Notes under the pieces: generated by a model
What the model was told of the DNA's origin: nothing
Database searches by the model: none
What the model saw: the letters and a program-made list of their open reading frames with translations, nothing else
Source: a virus
Taxonomy: Duplodnaviria; Caudoviricetes
Reading direction: 5' to 3' (one strand)
Length of the DNA: 59,545 bases
IMG/VR virus record: IMGVR_UViG_3300045284_000044
Span: 1-59,545 of that record
Made by a program: the position numbers and the translations under genes
Part shown: piece by piece, positions 15,543 through 25,011 of the stretch
How the letters are laid out: every line of letters starts with the position of its first letter
Position numbering within the stretch: the first letter of the stretch is position 1

Positions 15543-15822
15543 CTTAGACTTACGTGAAGGCGATGAATACAATAAGGCAGTTGAAACTATTGCGTTGGTG
15601 TTATCAGGCGTAGTTCCTACTGCTGAAGCTGCTCGTGATGCAGTTGAAGCACAATACGAGCAGGCACTCGAGACTGTCTATCCGATTGATGAATCATGAT
15701 CGCTAGCCTAGACTTGGGATTAGCATTCGGATTCGGCCTGGGCTTCTGTGCTGGAATCCTGTTCCTTTGGATAGTGGCCTGGGCGTTAGTATTGCAACCC
15801 ATCAAGAGGAATCGCAACCGAT

Positions 15823-16125
15823 ATGACCGTTGATGAGAACGATCTGAATCGTCTTTGCGCAGAAATGAATATGTTGGATGCAAAGCACCCCGATGATACT
15901 CTCGATCGTTGGTTAGACAGAGAGGACATTGATCGTGAGTCGATGAAGATTTACCTGAGTATGTCTTTGTCCACATTTCTTGATGCTTTAACTTCGATGG
16001 AGGACGCAGACTTATCAGACGAAAGTGAACGGCACAAGTTCGCTACATCGTTTGTTACTCAGGTAGGTCAATCGTTTCGTTTGGGATGGGAGGGACACAA
16101 ACAGTATGGCCGTTCAAGAAGTTAA
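15823..16125 (+). CDS. Acidic hypothetical protein
   Basis: RBS GAGGA. Confidence 0.7.
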   Translation: MTVDENDLNRLCAEMNMLDAKHPDDTLDRWLDREDIDRESMKIYLSMSLSTFLDALTSMEDADLSDESERHKFATSFVTQVGQSFRLGWEGHKQYGRSRS

Positions 16126-16894
16126 GATAGCTCCAACGCTAGCTGAACGGTTGGGTGCTGTCCACCCATCGCAGAATGTTCAGTTTATCAAGCAACTTAT
16201 TTACGGAGAACCCGGTGCTGGCAAGACGTTCTTTCTTGGTAGTGCTGGGCAATCTCCGTTAACAAGTCCCGCAATCATTGTGGACATTGAAGGCGGCACT
16301 TTGTCAATCAGGCATATGCCTGGTGTCGAGGTAGTCCCTGTCCGTTCGTTAAAGAAGGCACAGGAAATCATTAACGAGATTGCGATGGACACAAGCGACT
16401 ACTACAAGACGTTCTGCCTAGATAGCATAACAGAGATGCAGAAGCTTGACATGCAGTATATCATGGCAGAGCAGTATAAGAAGAAGCCTGAGACTACTGA
16501 CGTTGATGTTCCGTCGCAGCGTGAGTGGGGTAAGTCAAGTAATCATATGCGTCAGGTTCTACGTCTTGCACGCGACTTACCCATGCACGTTGTAGTCACA
16601 GCATTGGAGGCATCAGATTACGATGAGCAGACCAATCTCAAAAACTACTACCCCTCCATCCCCGGAAAACTCAGAATGGAAATTCCGGGATTTTTTGACA
16701 TCGTGGGCCGACTGGAAGCGAAGGTGGGCAGCGACAAAGCCATCATGCGACAACTTCAAACCGCCAAAACAAACAGAGTCATAGCGAAGGATAGAACTTC
16801 ATGCCTCCCGCCGGTATTGGAACATCCGTCAATACCTTTGATGTGGGAACTGATTGGCATGGACGGTGCAACACCACAAAGCCACGAAAGCTAA
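16106..16894 (+). CDS. Sak4-like (AAA_24-type) ATPase / annealing recombinase
   Basis: LIYGEPGAGKT, DIEGG, LDSITE, AKDR; lies between the nuclease and SSB. Confidence 0.85.
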   Translation: MAVQEVKIAPTLAERLGAVHPSQNVQFIKQLIYGEPGAGKTFFLGSAGQSPLTSPAIIVDIEGGTLSIRHMPGVEVVPVRSLKKAQEIINEIAMDTSDYYKTFCLDSITEMQKLDMQYIMAEQYKKKPETTDVDVPSQREWGKSSNHMRQVLRLARDLPMHVVVTALEASDYDEQTNLKNYYPSIPGKLRMEIPGFFDIVGRLEAKVGSDKAIMRQLQTAKTNRVIAKDRTSCLPPVLEHPSIPLMWELIGMDGATPQSHES

Positions 16895-16913
16895 AGCCAA
16901 GGAGACAATCAGT

Positions 16914-17423
16914 ATGGTTAATGCACTTAACCTCACCGGCGCCGATATGAGTGCAGGGGACTTCGATCCTATTCCTAGTGGGACGTACCCTGCAACTGTA
17001 ACTCGCTTCGAGGAAAACTTCACTAAGGGTGGAGAGGATGCAAAGCTCCCGGCAGGTACCGCTATGTTCAATGTTGGTTTTTGCATCAATGAAGGTACTA
17101 CCGACAAGGAAGGCAATAACGTCGGTGGTCGGTGGGTATGGCGTAACTATATCGTCGCTCCTGCAAAGGTCGATGGTAAGCCTTACGAGCACAAGAAGCG
17201 CATGGATGGACAGCTCGCACGTTTCTTCACAGCAGTAGGGTATACTGATGAGCAGGTTACGTCAGGTGACTTCGCTGTAGATGCCGACGATATTGTTGGC
17301 CGTGAGTGCGCGGTTGTTGTCCAGAAGTACCACAATAGCTACAAGGACGAGATGGACAACAAGGTCAATGGTGTTAAGCCCATTGGTTCAATCGAAACCG
17401 CCGGTACTATCGGCCTGACGTAG
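16914..17423 (+). CDS. Single-stranded DNA-binding protein (DUF669-like)
   Basis: FDPIPSGTYPATV...DDIVGRECAVVV...NKVNGVKP; RBS AGGAG before ATG 16914; synteny. Confidence 0.75.
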   Translation: MVNALNLTGADMSAGDFDPIPSGTYPATVTRFEENFTKGGEDAKLPAGTAMFNVGFCINEGTTDKEGNNVGGRWVWRNYIVAPAKVDGKPYEHKKRMDGQLARFFTAVGYTDEQVTSGDFAVDADDIVGRECAVVVQKYHNSYKDEMDNKVNGVKPIGSIETAGTIGLT

Positions 17424-17440
17424 AGGGGATAAAAGAAAAT

Positions 17441-17548
17441 ATGCATAACGAGACTGAAACTCCCGAGCCTGATGCTCCCGAGCCGGAGCCGGTACCGGAC
17501 GACGATGATGACGTCGAGCAAGACGACGACGAAACAGAGGACGAGTAA
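17441..17548 (+). CDS. 35-aa extremely acidic peptide (not in the ORF track)
   Basis: MHNETETPEPDAPEPEPVPDDDDDVEQDDDETEDE; GAGGGG upstream. Confidence 0.55.
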   Translation: MHNETETPEPDAPEPEPVPDDDDDVEQDDDETEDE

Positions 17549-17552
17549 GTAA

Positions 17553-17585
17553 CTAAGTCCTAAGTCCTAAGTCCTAAGTCCTAAG
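17553..17585. repeat. Tandem heptamer repeat (CTAAGTC)x4 plus CTAAG
   Basis: Read directly from the sequence. Confidence 0.95.
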
Positions 17586-17809
17586 CAATGTATCATCCGA
17601 GGACACTTGTTAGAGTGTTGAAGTGATGGATGGGAAGGGTGGTTCAAACTAGGGAAAGTGCACAAGTACCTAGGGCGAGGTAGGATGATACGTTTTCCTA
17701 GTAGCGAGAGATGCCAACTAGGTGGGGTGGATGCAAAGTACGGGGGTTGGGTGCGTGTCCACGCGATAACAGACTCTCGCATTATAATAGCACATTACAA
17801 AGGAGAGTA

Positions 17810-18052
17810 ATGTCCGACAGCACAGATATCCAGTCGGTTAGAGTTAAGGCTTCACACCTCATGAAAATCTTTAAGGCACTTGGCCCTGAGTTTGTTGATG
17901 ATGTTATCATTGCACAGACCACGGATGGTAAGGTTCGTGTCTACACCGAGGAAACAGTCACTAGACTCAGGCCGCTTCGCATGACACCTAGAAGCAAGAA
18001 GGAGCAGGAGAGTGAGATTTTCACTAAATACAAGAACGGAATTCATACCTGA
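17810..18052 (+). CDS. Hypothetical protein
   Basis: RBS AAGGAG before ATG 17810, inside ORF 17711..18052. Confidence 0.65.
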   Translation: MSDSTDIQSVRVKASHLMKIFKALGPEFVDDVIIAQTTDGKVRVYTEETVTRLRPLRMTPRSKKEQESEIFTKYKNGIHT

Positions 18053-18245
18053 ACCCGATGAAACTAAGCCGTGTGCCCAATGCGGCGGGATGCGGCCTGA
18101 AATGGCAATCAAGCACCAAGATCCTTATTGTTCTGCTAAGTGTTGCCGTGAAGCATACGGCGTAGATGTAGTAAACAGTTCGTATAGTGATGTTCGACGG
18201 GCCAAGCCCAGCACAGCCAAGCCCACTATAGTAAAGGAGAAGTAA
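18012..18245 (+). CDS. Small zinc-finger protein
   Basis: CAQC...YCSAKC; RBS AGGAG. Confidence 0.6.
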   Translation: MRFSLNTRTEFIPEPDETKPCAQCGGMRPEMAIKHQDPYCSAKCCREAYGVDVVNSSYSDVRRAKPSTAKPTIVKEK

Positions 18246-18384
18246 TGGGGTACAGCAAATCGCGTGAATTGCGTGCTGCCAATAACCTAACGAAGCGGCA
18301 AGCAAAGGATGAGACTTTGCGACCGCGCGGTTCTAAGAAGGGATCAAAAAAGCGCAAGCATGGCCGCCAGAGTTTTTAGTTGGT

Positions 18385-20577
18385 TTGCCCATGCCTTCTA
18401 GCGCAGTTTCTCCGGTTCAGTTACGAGTTACATTCTTTGATTACCTGTTCAGCGATAGCAATGGGTATCTTTACATAGCTACCGCCGCGCCTAGTGCGCC
18501 TAGAACTTCTTTTAAGCAATACTTCTTTCAATGGCCGCAGGGCAGGACGCAAGCTGCTCAGTTTATTCAGCAGCAATCGGTACACAATAATGTGTGGTTC
18601 GGCGTCTGTCTCTACAGCCAACAAATAGCACAGAAGGAATACTGTCTGCCTGGTTCGTTCTTGTGGGCAGACTTGGACGAGGTATCCCCTGGAGATTGTG
18701 CGGAAAAGGGGTATGCTCCTACCTGTGCGGTTTTATCTAGCCCTGGTCGTTACCAGGGCTTTTGGCGTTTAACCCAAAAATTACCTCCTGATGTATTGGA
18801 GGACTTTTCAAAGAAGTTAGCGTACCATATTGGTGCAGACAAGTCAGGCTGGGATAGGACACAGTTATTACGTGTTCCGTTTACTCCTAACCACAAGTAC
18901 GAGGGAAAGCCGGTAGTCGAGATCCTCGATGTTTATGAAACACTACTGCCAGTCGAGGAACTAGATAGGCTGCCGGCCGTCCCTCTGTCTGAGGGGCAAG
19001 CACCAGAACTTGAAATGCCTAGTCTAGAACAGCTTGCGAAAGCTGAGCATATAATCTACAAGTATGCGTACAACCTACAAGGGACAGCTTTCGTCCCTCT
19101 ATACTCAGAGGAACCACGGGATACCGATGATTGGTCAAAGAGAATGTGGCGGCTTATCAACTTGTTACTTGAAGTTGGAATGTCGGCCGAAGAAACATTC
19201 ACAATCTGCATCGACGCGAAGTGCAACAAATACATACGAGACAACAGACCCAACTCATATTTGTGGAAAGAAGTTCTCAAAGCAAATGGGATGCATACAC
19301 GATCAATTACTTTGCTCGGAGAAGTTAAGCCTCTTTCCATGCCCGAACTGGTAGATCCAAGTCTCCAGTTCGATAACTTCGTAACTGAGTATACAGAGTG
19401 GGCTAGTTCTGCCACCGACGCAGTACCCGAATACCATGAGCTGTGCGGTTTTATACTGTTAAGCGCGCTCATGGCTTCGGGATTGAAGTTGGAGGCATCA
19501 TTCGGTAGACTCGTTCCAAATTTGTGGGGGTTGATCTTAGGTGACTCTACACTTACTAGGAAAACTACTGCAATGGAAATGGCAATGGCTTTCGTTAAAG
19601 ATGTTGACGATTCAATCATCATCGCTACCGATGGCTCACCCGAAGGTGTTGTTAACACTCTTAGTAATCGTCCTGATATGGTGTCTGTATTCTACAAGGA
19701 TGAGATAAGTGGGCTCTTTGACGCCATCAACAAGAAAAGTTATCTGGCTGACATGCCTGAAATACTTACTAAGATGTATGATGTTCCTACACACTACACT
19801 CGAACGTTGGCGAAGGGGCCGATATCGGTAAACAATCCCTACTTCATATTCTTTGGTGGTGGGATTCGCGATAACGTATACTCCCTTCTAAATGAAAGCT
19901 ACGTTCTGTCGGGTTTCCTACCAAGATTCATGGTGATTAATGGCAAGGCAGACCTAGATAAGCTTAGGCCCACAGGCCCGCCGAGTGAAGCGGTCAGCAC
20001 AGGCCGCCTTCATATTGTCAACAAAGTCAACAAGATGTATGCACAGTTCAATGGAACCACATCAATAAAGATCGGCACACAAGATGTAGAGATTCCCACG
20101 ACAACAGAGGTCAAGTTAACTACTGCTGCGTGGGAACTGTTCGCAGAGATTGAAGGCAAACTCTGGAGATATGCAGACGGTGTACCGAACTCTATGTTGG
20201 CTTTGCCTACGTTTACACGCTTGGCATTTAGCACACTCAAAATGTCGATACTGTTGGCTGCAACACGCGGCCCAGACTCAGCTAATAGAGTCATTGTTAA
20301 CGAGGATGATCTCTCACAAGCAGCCTGGTACACTCAACGGTGGGGACGCCATAGCGTAGACCTAGTTAACAATGCCGGGATTGGTAAGGACGAGAGGACT
20401 ACTGAACGTATCCTCAATGGAATCAAGAAGAATCCTGGTATCACAAAGACTGCATTGATGCAAACTCACACAGTTCGCACAGCACAGATGCAGGAAATCA
20501 TACAGACTTTACACGATCGTGGCCTTATCGAGTTCAGAAAGGAAGGCCGCGGCTTAAAGTTCTGGGCAATTGAATGA
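18385..20577 (+). CDS. Primase (RepB/AEP-like) fused to a DUF3987-like helicase domain
   Basis: LWADLD, SSPGRYQGFW, LLRVPFTPNHKY; C-terminal GDSTLTRKTT, DEISG, SGFLPRF. Confidence 0.85.
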   Translation: MPMPSSAVSPVQLRVTFFDYLFSDSNGYLYIATAAPSAPRTSFKQYFFQWPQGRTQAAQFIQQQSVHNNVWFGVCLYSQQIAQKEYCLPGSFLWADLDEVSPGDCAEKGYAPTCAVLSSPGRYQGFWRLTQKLPPDVLEDFSKKLAYHIGADKSGWDRTQLLRVPFTPNHKYEGKPVVEILDVYETLLPVEELDRLPAVPLSEGQAPELEMPSLEQLAKAEHIIYKYAYNLQGTAFVPLYSEEPRDTDDWSKRMWRLINLLLEVGMSAEETFTICIDAKCNKYIRDNRPNSYLWKEVLKANGMHTRSITLLGEVKPLSMPELVDPSLQFDNFVTEYTEWASSATDAVPEYHELCGFILLSALMASGLKLEASFGRLVPNLWGLILGDSTLTRKTTAMEMAMAFVKDVDDSIIIATDGSPEGVVNTLSNRPDMVSVFYKDEISGLFDAINKKSYLADMPEILTKMYDVPTHYTRTLAKGPISVNNPYFIFFGGGIRDNVYSLLNESYVLSGFLPRFMVINGKADLDKLRPTGPPSEAVSTGRLHIVNKVNKMYAQFNGTTSIKIGTQDVEIPTTTEVKLTTAAWELFAEIEGKLWRYADGVPNSMLALPTFTRLAFSTLKMSILLAATRGPDSANRVIVNEDDLSQAAWYTQRWGRHSVDLVNNAGIGKDERTTERILNGIKKNPGITKTALMQTHTVRTAQMQEIIQTLHDRGLIEFRKEGRGLKFWAIE

Positions 20578-21038
20578 AAGACAAATGCCCTGCGTGCGAA
20601 TACCATAACAAGCACCCAGCTCGCCCCTATTGTGAATACTGTACCCGTAAGTTGAATAAGCCTGTGCCGCCTGTTCCACCTCCTAATGAAAACTGGTCGC
20701 CAGAGGTGGTTAGAACAGACGAACTCGCACAGATATTGAAAAGATGGATCAGGACATACGAGCTTGAGATAGGTTATGTAAACAATACGATTAAAGATAT
20801 AGCAGCTGGAGTTTCAGTTATATCTGATAGATCAGGACTTAACCAGCGAGTTGTTCATCGCGTAATAACAGTAGAAACCGTGCACACATCAGTAGCCATT
20901 GCTGATAAACTATTGATAGCAATAGATCAGCACTACGTTCTTATGACGGGTGAGCTTCAAGTGATCGCTAACCCTAAAATGTCCCAAGAACGTTGGATGG
21001 ATATAATGAAAGAACGTGGTTGTATTTATGATACGTAA
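20574..21038 (+). CDS. Hypothetical protein (N-terminal CxxC pairs, possible HTH)
   Basis: ATGA coupling with the primase gene. Confidence 0.7.
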   Translation: MKDKCPACEYHNKHPARPYCEYCTRKLNKPVPPVPPPNENWSPEVVRTDELAQILKRWIRTYELEIGYVNNTIKDIAAGVSVISDRSGLNQRVVHRVITVETVHTSVAIADKLLIAIDQHYVLMTGELQVIANPKMSQERWMDIMKERGCIYDT

Positions 21039-21053
21039 TGGGTCGTCTGATAC

Positions 21054-21245
21054 GTGATGGGTCGTAAACACACTCCCGAATCTCGACACAATATGTCAAT
21101 AGCACAGAAAGGTGTGGCGAAAACGTATGAGCACAGAGTCAAAGTCAGCAAAGGACTCAAAGGAAACCAGAATCGAAACAAACAACTTAGACTTTTCAAA
21201 GGTAGTGGAGAGGATACCTCTACTTATTGGTTTGAATGGCTATAA
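21054..21245 (+). CDS. Stand-alone NUMOD3-like DNA-binding peptide
   Basis: GRKHTPESRHNMSIAQKG followed by a second degenerate repeat. Confidence 0.5.
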   Translation: MMGRKHTPESRHNMSIAQKGVAKTYEHRVKVSKGLKGNQNRNKQLRLFKGSGEDTSTYWFEWL

Positions 21246-21783
21246 GGGAGTAGGCAAAGATGCCGCTGCCGATTATCTAGTACGTGAGTACGGGTATCGC
21301 AAGGTAGCATTTGCCAATAAGTTGAAGGAATCCGTGGCTGCTCTGTTTGATATCTCACTCCATGAAATGGACAAACTCAAGAACGATCCTGAATGTGATG
21401 TTAGTCTCAGTCCGTTAGTAGCCATGACGTTCCGTGAGTTCATACAGCGCTACGGTACTGAGTCGCATCGTGATGTGTTCGGTGAGGACTTCTGGGTTAA
21501 TCAGTTGTTGCCTAAGGACTACATAGAAGGCAAGGTATTTCCTACGGTAGTATCCGATGCAAGATTTGAGAACGAATTACAACGTATCAAAGATCTAGGC
21601 GGTATCAACATTAGGATCGCTAGGCCAGGTTATGAAGGCGAAGCACATGCATCAGAACAGGCACCTCCTGATGGACTGATTTATACGTTGATCCAAAATG
21701 ATGGATCATTTGATCTATTGTGCAATAGAGTTGATCTAGCTTTAATTCAATGGGCCCATATTGACGATGGCATATGGGATTAA
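21112..21783 (+). CDS. Deoxynucleoside monophosphate kinase
   Basis: IGLNGYKGVGKD, FANKLK, REFIQRYGTE, SDARFENE, HASE; start may be downstream. Confidence 0.9.
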   Translation: MWRKRMSTESKSAKDSKETRIETNNLDFSKVVERIPLLIGLNGYKGVGKDAAADYLVREYGYRKVAFANKLKESVAALFDISLHEMDKLKNDPECDVSLSPLVAMTFREFIQRYGTESHRDVFGEDFWVNQLLPKDYIEGKVFPTVVSDARFENELQRIKDLGGINIRIARPGYEGEAHASEQAPPDGLIYTLIQNDGSFDLLCNRVDLALIQWAHIDDGIWD

Positions 21784-24185
21784 CATCAGATCAGATTGAT
21801 TCGCTTCTTGGGCTGGGCTTACAAACCGCACAGGAGGGGGAATCTAAGGCAACAGGCGCACGTTGCTGGGAATGTCCACTTAAGGACAGCAAGTACGTAC
21901 CGTCAAGCCTGCCGCCCCATGCCGAAGTAGCATTAGTATCACGAAGTCCAGGTCGTAATGATACAACTGCTCCATTTACTGGCCCGTCCCAGCCCATAGT
22001 CGATCACCTACTGGAGCGTAATGGTTTCTCGCGTAAGAACGTGGTGCTTACTAATGTGGTGCTCTGCCAAACTGACAATCCGTCTCCGAAAGCAATTGAA
22101 GCCTGTAGACCTAGACTTCTGGATGAAGTCAAAGGATGTTCAACTATTATTGCTGGTGGGACGGAAGCCGTACAATCATTTACCAAATACAGGAGCGTAC
22201 AAGCTGCAAGGGGTTTCGTTATCAAGGGACTACGAGGGGAACGAATCATTGCAGCTAATAATCCTGCCCTTGTCCTCAGAGACTCAGATACATTCCCAAC
22301 TTTAATCACCGACTTCAAGCTAGCATTAGATCCGTTACCCAATCCTGAGTTTCCGAAGGTCGAGATTATCAATGACCCTGATGTGGCTAAAGATAGATTA
22401 CTATCATCGTACATCGGTTACCGTGGAAATATCTCAACCGACCTTGAGTGGAATGGAACTAGCATTTATTGTGCAGGCTTTTCTAGGGACGGTAGAAGGG
22501 CAACAGTCTTTGGACGAGGCGCTCTTGCGGATACTGAAGTATTTGGACTCATCAAACGATTCTATGAGTCTGATGAGGTTAGTGCCTGTTGGCATAACGG
22601 TAAAAGCGATACGTCTGTGCTGTGGCGAAATGATATCAGAGGAAGAGTAGACAATGATACGTTCCTTCTTTCATATGCTCTCGACGAAGAACCCGGTCGC
22701 CATTCATTGGACTACTTACTCCAGACAGAACTCGGATGGCCTGACTACGAGCCGGAGAGTGTTAAGCATTTCAAGAAAACCGGCAGGCTGGACTATTACG
22801 GGGATTCGCCAGAGGCAACCCAACGATCAGAGTTTGAGCTATACGAGTATAACGGTTGGGATGCGGCCGGAACCCAACAGCTATTCGATATATTGGTTCA
22901 ACGAGCTAAAGACGATGATGTGTACGAAAGGCCGTACAGGTCTATTCTTCAACCCGCGGCTAATGCGTTTCGCACGATTGAGCTACGTGGATTTCGATTT
23001 GATGCCGAGGGTTCCGCCAATGTAATGGAAGCGTATGTGTTGCCTAAGTTGAACGAGTTAACTAAACAGATGCAGGAAGTGTCCCATTCAGCATTACTTA
23101 ACCCAAGGTCTACACAGCAAATGGCCGCACTATACTACGACGTGTGGGGTCTCAAACATACACTACGTAATAAAGCTAAGGTAAGTTACACACGTTCAAC
23201 TGGCAAAGAGGTAAGGGAGGAAATTCAAGGTGGAAGATTTTCATGCAGACCTGAGTATACAGATGTCATTACAAAATTTTCCACACTCCACAGAACTTTT
23301 GCAAAGATTGAACGCCAGCGCGGTAACTATTTCCAATCCCTCATCGAGTGGGTTGACGAAAACGGATATATCCATCCGTGGTTTAACATTGGAGGAACTG
23401 TCTCAGGTCGTACAAGTGCTACAAAGCCTAACTTCCAAAACATTACAAGATCAGGAGTAGAAGGAATACCCAGTGTCAGAGAGTTGTTCCTGCCTAGCCC
23501 AGGCAATGTCCTGATTTCATGTGACTACAGCCAAGCTGAGTTAAGAACTATGGCTCAACTGTCAGGTGATTCTCAGTTGGTTGGTATTTATATGGACAAC
23601 AAGCGTTCTCTGCACAAGGAACGAGCTGCCGCATTTTATGGCACCAATTATACCTACGAGGAATACGTAAGATCTAAGAACATTAACTTCGGTGTGTCGT
23701 ATGGACAGGCCGCTGATGCATTCGCACAAATGTATCACATGGATAAGCGTGAAGCACAGGCATATATTGATGCATGGTGGAGAGAGTTCCCGCAGCTAAA
23801 GCTGTGGACTAAAGCCATCCAGATTCTAGCACGCACAGGTGAAATCGTAAGCCCGTTAGGTTACAAACGCCGCTTCCATCTAATCACTAAAGACAACCTT
23901 GCGAATGTTGAACGCGAAGCGGTTAACTTTGTACCGCAAAATTCTGCTGGTGGCTTTACTATTCTTGCTATCATTGAGTTGGTGGAAGCCGGGGTTCCCA
24001 TTGTTAATACCGTTCACGATTCTATTATCGCTGACGTTCCTACTGGAGATGCTACAAGAATAGCACGCTTGATGAAATCTGTAATGGAAAGCATTCCAGG
24101 TAAGTACCTGGGTTGGCAATTACCCTTCACCGTAGACGTTAGTATAGGAACCAATTGGGCACAAGTTAAGGAGATCGAACTGTGA
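21774..24185 (+). CDS. Family A DNA polymerase with N-terminal uracil-DNA glycosylase-like domain and 3'-5' exonuclease
   Basis: CWECPL/TNVVLC/ACRPRL (family-4 UDG); DLE, HNGKSD, YNGWD (exonuclease); SGRTS..PNFQN, DYSQAELR, KNINFGVSYG, VHDS (PolA motifs). Confidence 0.93.
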   Translation: MGLTSDQIDSLLGLGLQTAQEGESKATGARCWECPLKDSKYVPSSLPPHAEVALVSRSPGRNDTTAPFTGPSQPIVDHLLERNGFSRKNVVLTNVVLCQTDNPSPKAIEACRPRLLDEVKGCSTIIAGGTEAVQSFTKYRSVQAARGFVIKGLRGERIIAANNPALVLRDSDTFPTLITDFKLALDPLPNPEFPKVEIINDPDVAKDRLLSSYIGYRGNISTDLEWNGTSIYCAGFSRDGRRATVFGRGALADTEVFGLIKRFYESDEVSACWHNGKSDTSVLWRNDIRGRVDNDTFLLSYALDEEPGRHSLDYLLQTELGWPDYEPESVKHFKKTGRLDYYGDSPEATQRSEFELYEYNGWDAAGTQQLFDILVQRAKDDDVYERPYRSILQPAANAFRTIELRGFRFDAEGSANVMEAYVLPKLNELTKQMQEVSHSALLNPRSTQQMAALYYDVWGLKHTLRNKAKVSYTRSTGKEVREEIQGGRFSCRPEYTDVITKFSTLHRTFAKIERQRGNYFQSLIEWVDENGYIHPWFNIGGTVSGRTSATKPNFQNITRSGVEGIPSVRELFLPSPGNVLISCDYSQAELRTMAQLSGDSQLVGIYMDNKRSLHKERAAAFYGTNYTYEEYVRSKNINFGVSYGQAADAFAQMYHMDKREAQAYIDAWWREFPQLKLWTKAIQILARTGEIVSPLGYKRRFHLITKDNLANVEREAVNFVPQNSAGGFTILAIIELVEAGVPIVNTVHDSIIADVPTGDATRIARLMKSVMESIPGKYLGWQLPFTVDVSIGTNWAQVKEIEL

Positions 24186-24529
24186 GAAGTCTGCATTGGA
24201 ATACACCAGACGGTTATAGAGTTAATTCGTACTGTACTACATGCGGAAAGGATTTTCATTCGAATAGATTGTTTGCTCAACATTTTACTGGCAAACACGA
24301 ATACACTTACAGCGAAGGTTTAAAGCTTGATCCTCCTGAAGAAAATGGACGTAGATGTAAAACCAGCGTAGAACTAATTATCAACGATGGTATGCGTCCC
24401 ATGACAGACGATGAGATGGCAGCAACAAAACGCCATGCTCATAGAGTCGGGTTCGGTATTGAAATGTGGTTTGATCCGATCGAACATGCTAAAGCACAGG
24501 AAAGAGCTATTACTCTTGGACGAAGTTAA
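24182..24529 (+). CDS. Zinc-binding phage protein (FDXHR-like)
   Basis: CTTCGKDFHSNRLFAQHFTG...RRC. Confidence 0.6.
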   Translation: MRSLHWNTPDGYRVNSYCTTCGKDFHSNRLFAQHFTGKHEYTYSEGLKLDPPEENGRRCKTSVELIINDGMRPMTDDEMAATKRHAHRVGFGIEMWFDPIEHAKAQERAITLGRS

Positions 24530-24833
24530 AGTAGTGGTTACCACTAATGCGGTTAGTGGATTTAGGCGTGTCGTCCAGGGCGATTCGGACAACCTGACAC
24601 CGCTTGAAATCCCCGGAGGCGATCCTACGCGACACGCTAAAGCTTCTGGGCGGTCGAGGCCCGCTCCCGCCCTGGCAGGCGCACAGTTGCCTAACGTGAA
24701 TACGTGGCCTAAGCAGGCTAAATGCCTTTACTGCGATAAACCGTTTGAATGGTCTAAGCGTTCCCATGCTAAGTTTTGCGATAATAAATGTCGTGCTCGT
24801 TATTGGAAGGAGCACAATGTCGGGCGAGTTTGA
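24411..24833 (+). CDS. Hypothetical protein with C-terminal zinc finger (start uncertain)
   Basis: CLYCDKPF...FCDNKCR. Confidence 0.5.
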   Translation: MRWQQQNAMLIESGSVLKCGLIRSNMLKHRKELLLLDEVKVVVTTNAVSGFRRVVQGDSDNLTPLEIPGGDPTRHAKASGRSRPAPALAGAQLPNVNTWPKQAKCLYCDKPFEWSKRSHAKFCDNKCRARYWKEHNVGRV

Positions 24834-25011
24834 TGAAGAATTTAAAGCTGACTTAGTAGATTTTGTAGGTGATCTGGCTGTGGAGATTGTAGCAGCAGGA
24901 CGATTAATCACAGGTGTCGTCCCGTTTCAAGAAGATTCACGAAAACGTATCAAGTATAGGTGGGGAGAACTAGCTACTAAGTTCCTGAACCTAATGGAGA
25001 AGTACGACTGA
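24817..25011 (+). CDS. Small hypothetical protein
   Basis: RBS AAGGAG before ATG (MSGEFDEEF...). Confidence 0.6.
   Translation: MSGEFDEEFKADLVDFVGDLAVEIVAAGRLITGVVPFQEDSRKRIKYRWGELATKFLNLMEKYD

Noticed and set aside
17378-17548. -1 frameshift fusing the SSB to the acidic peptide
   Set aside because: The -1 frame is open from 17378, but there is no X-XXY-YYZ slippery site, and the peptide has its own RBS-like sequence.
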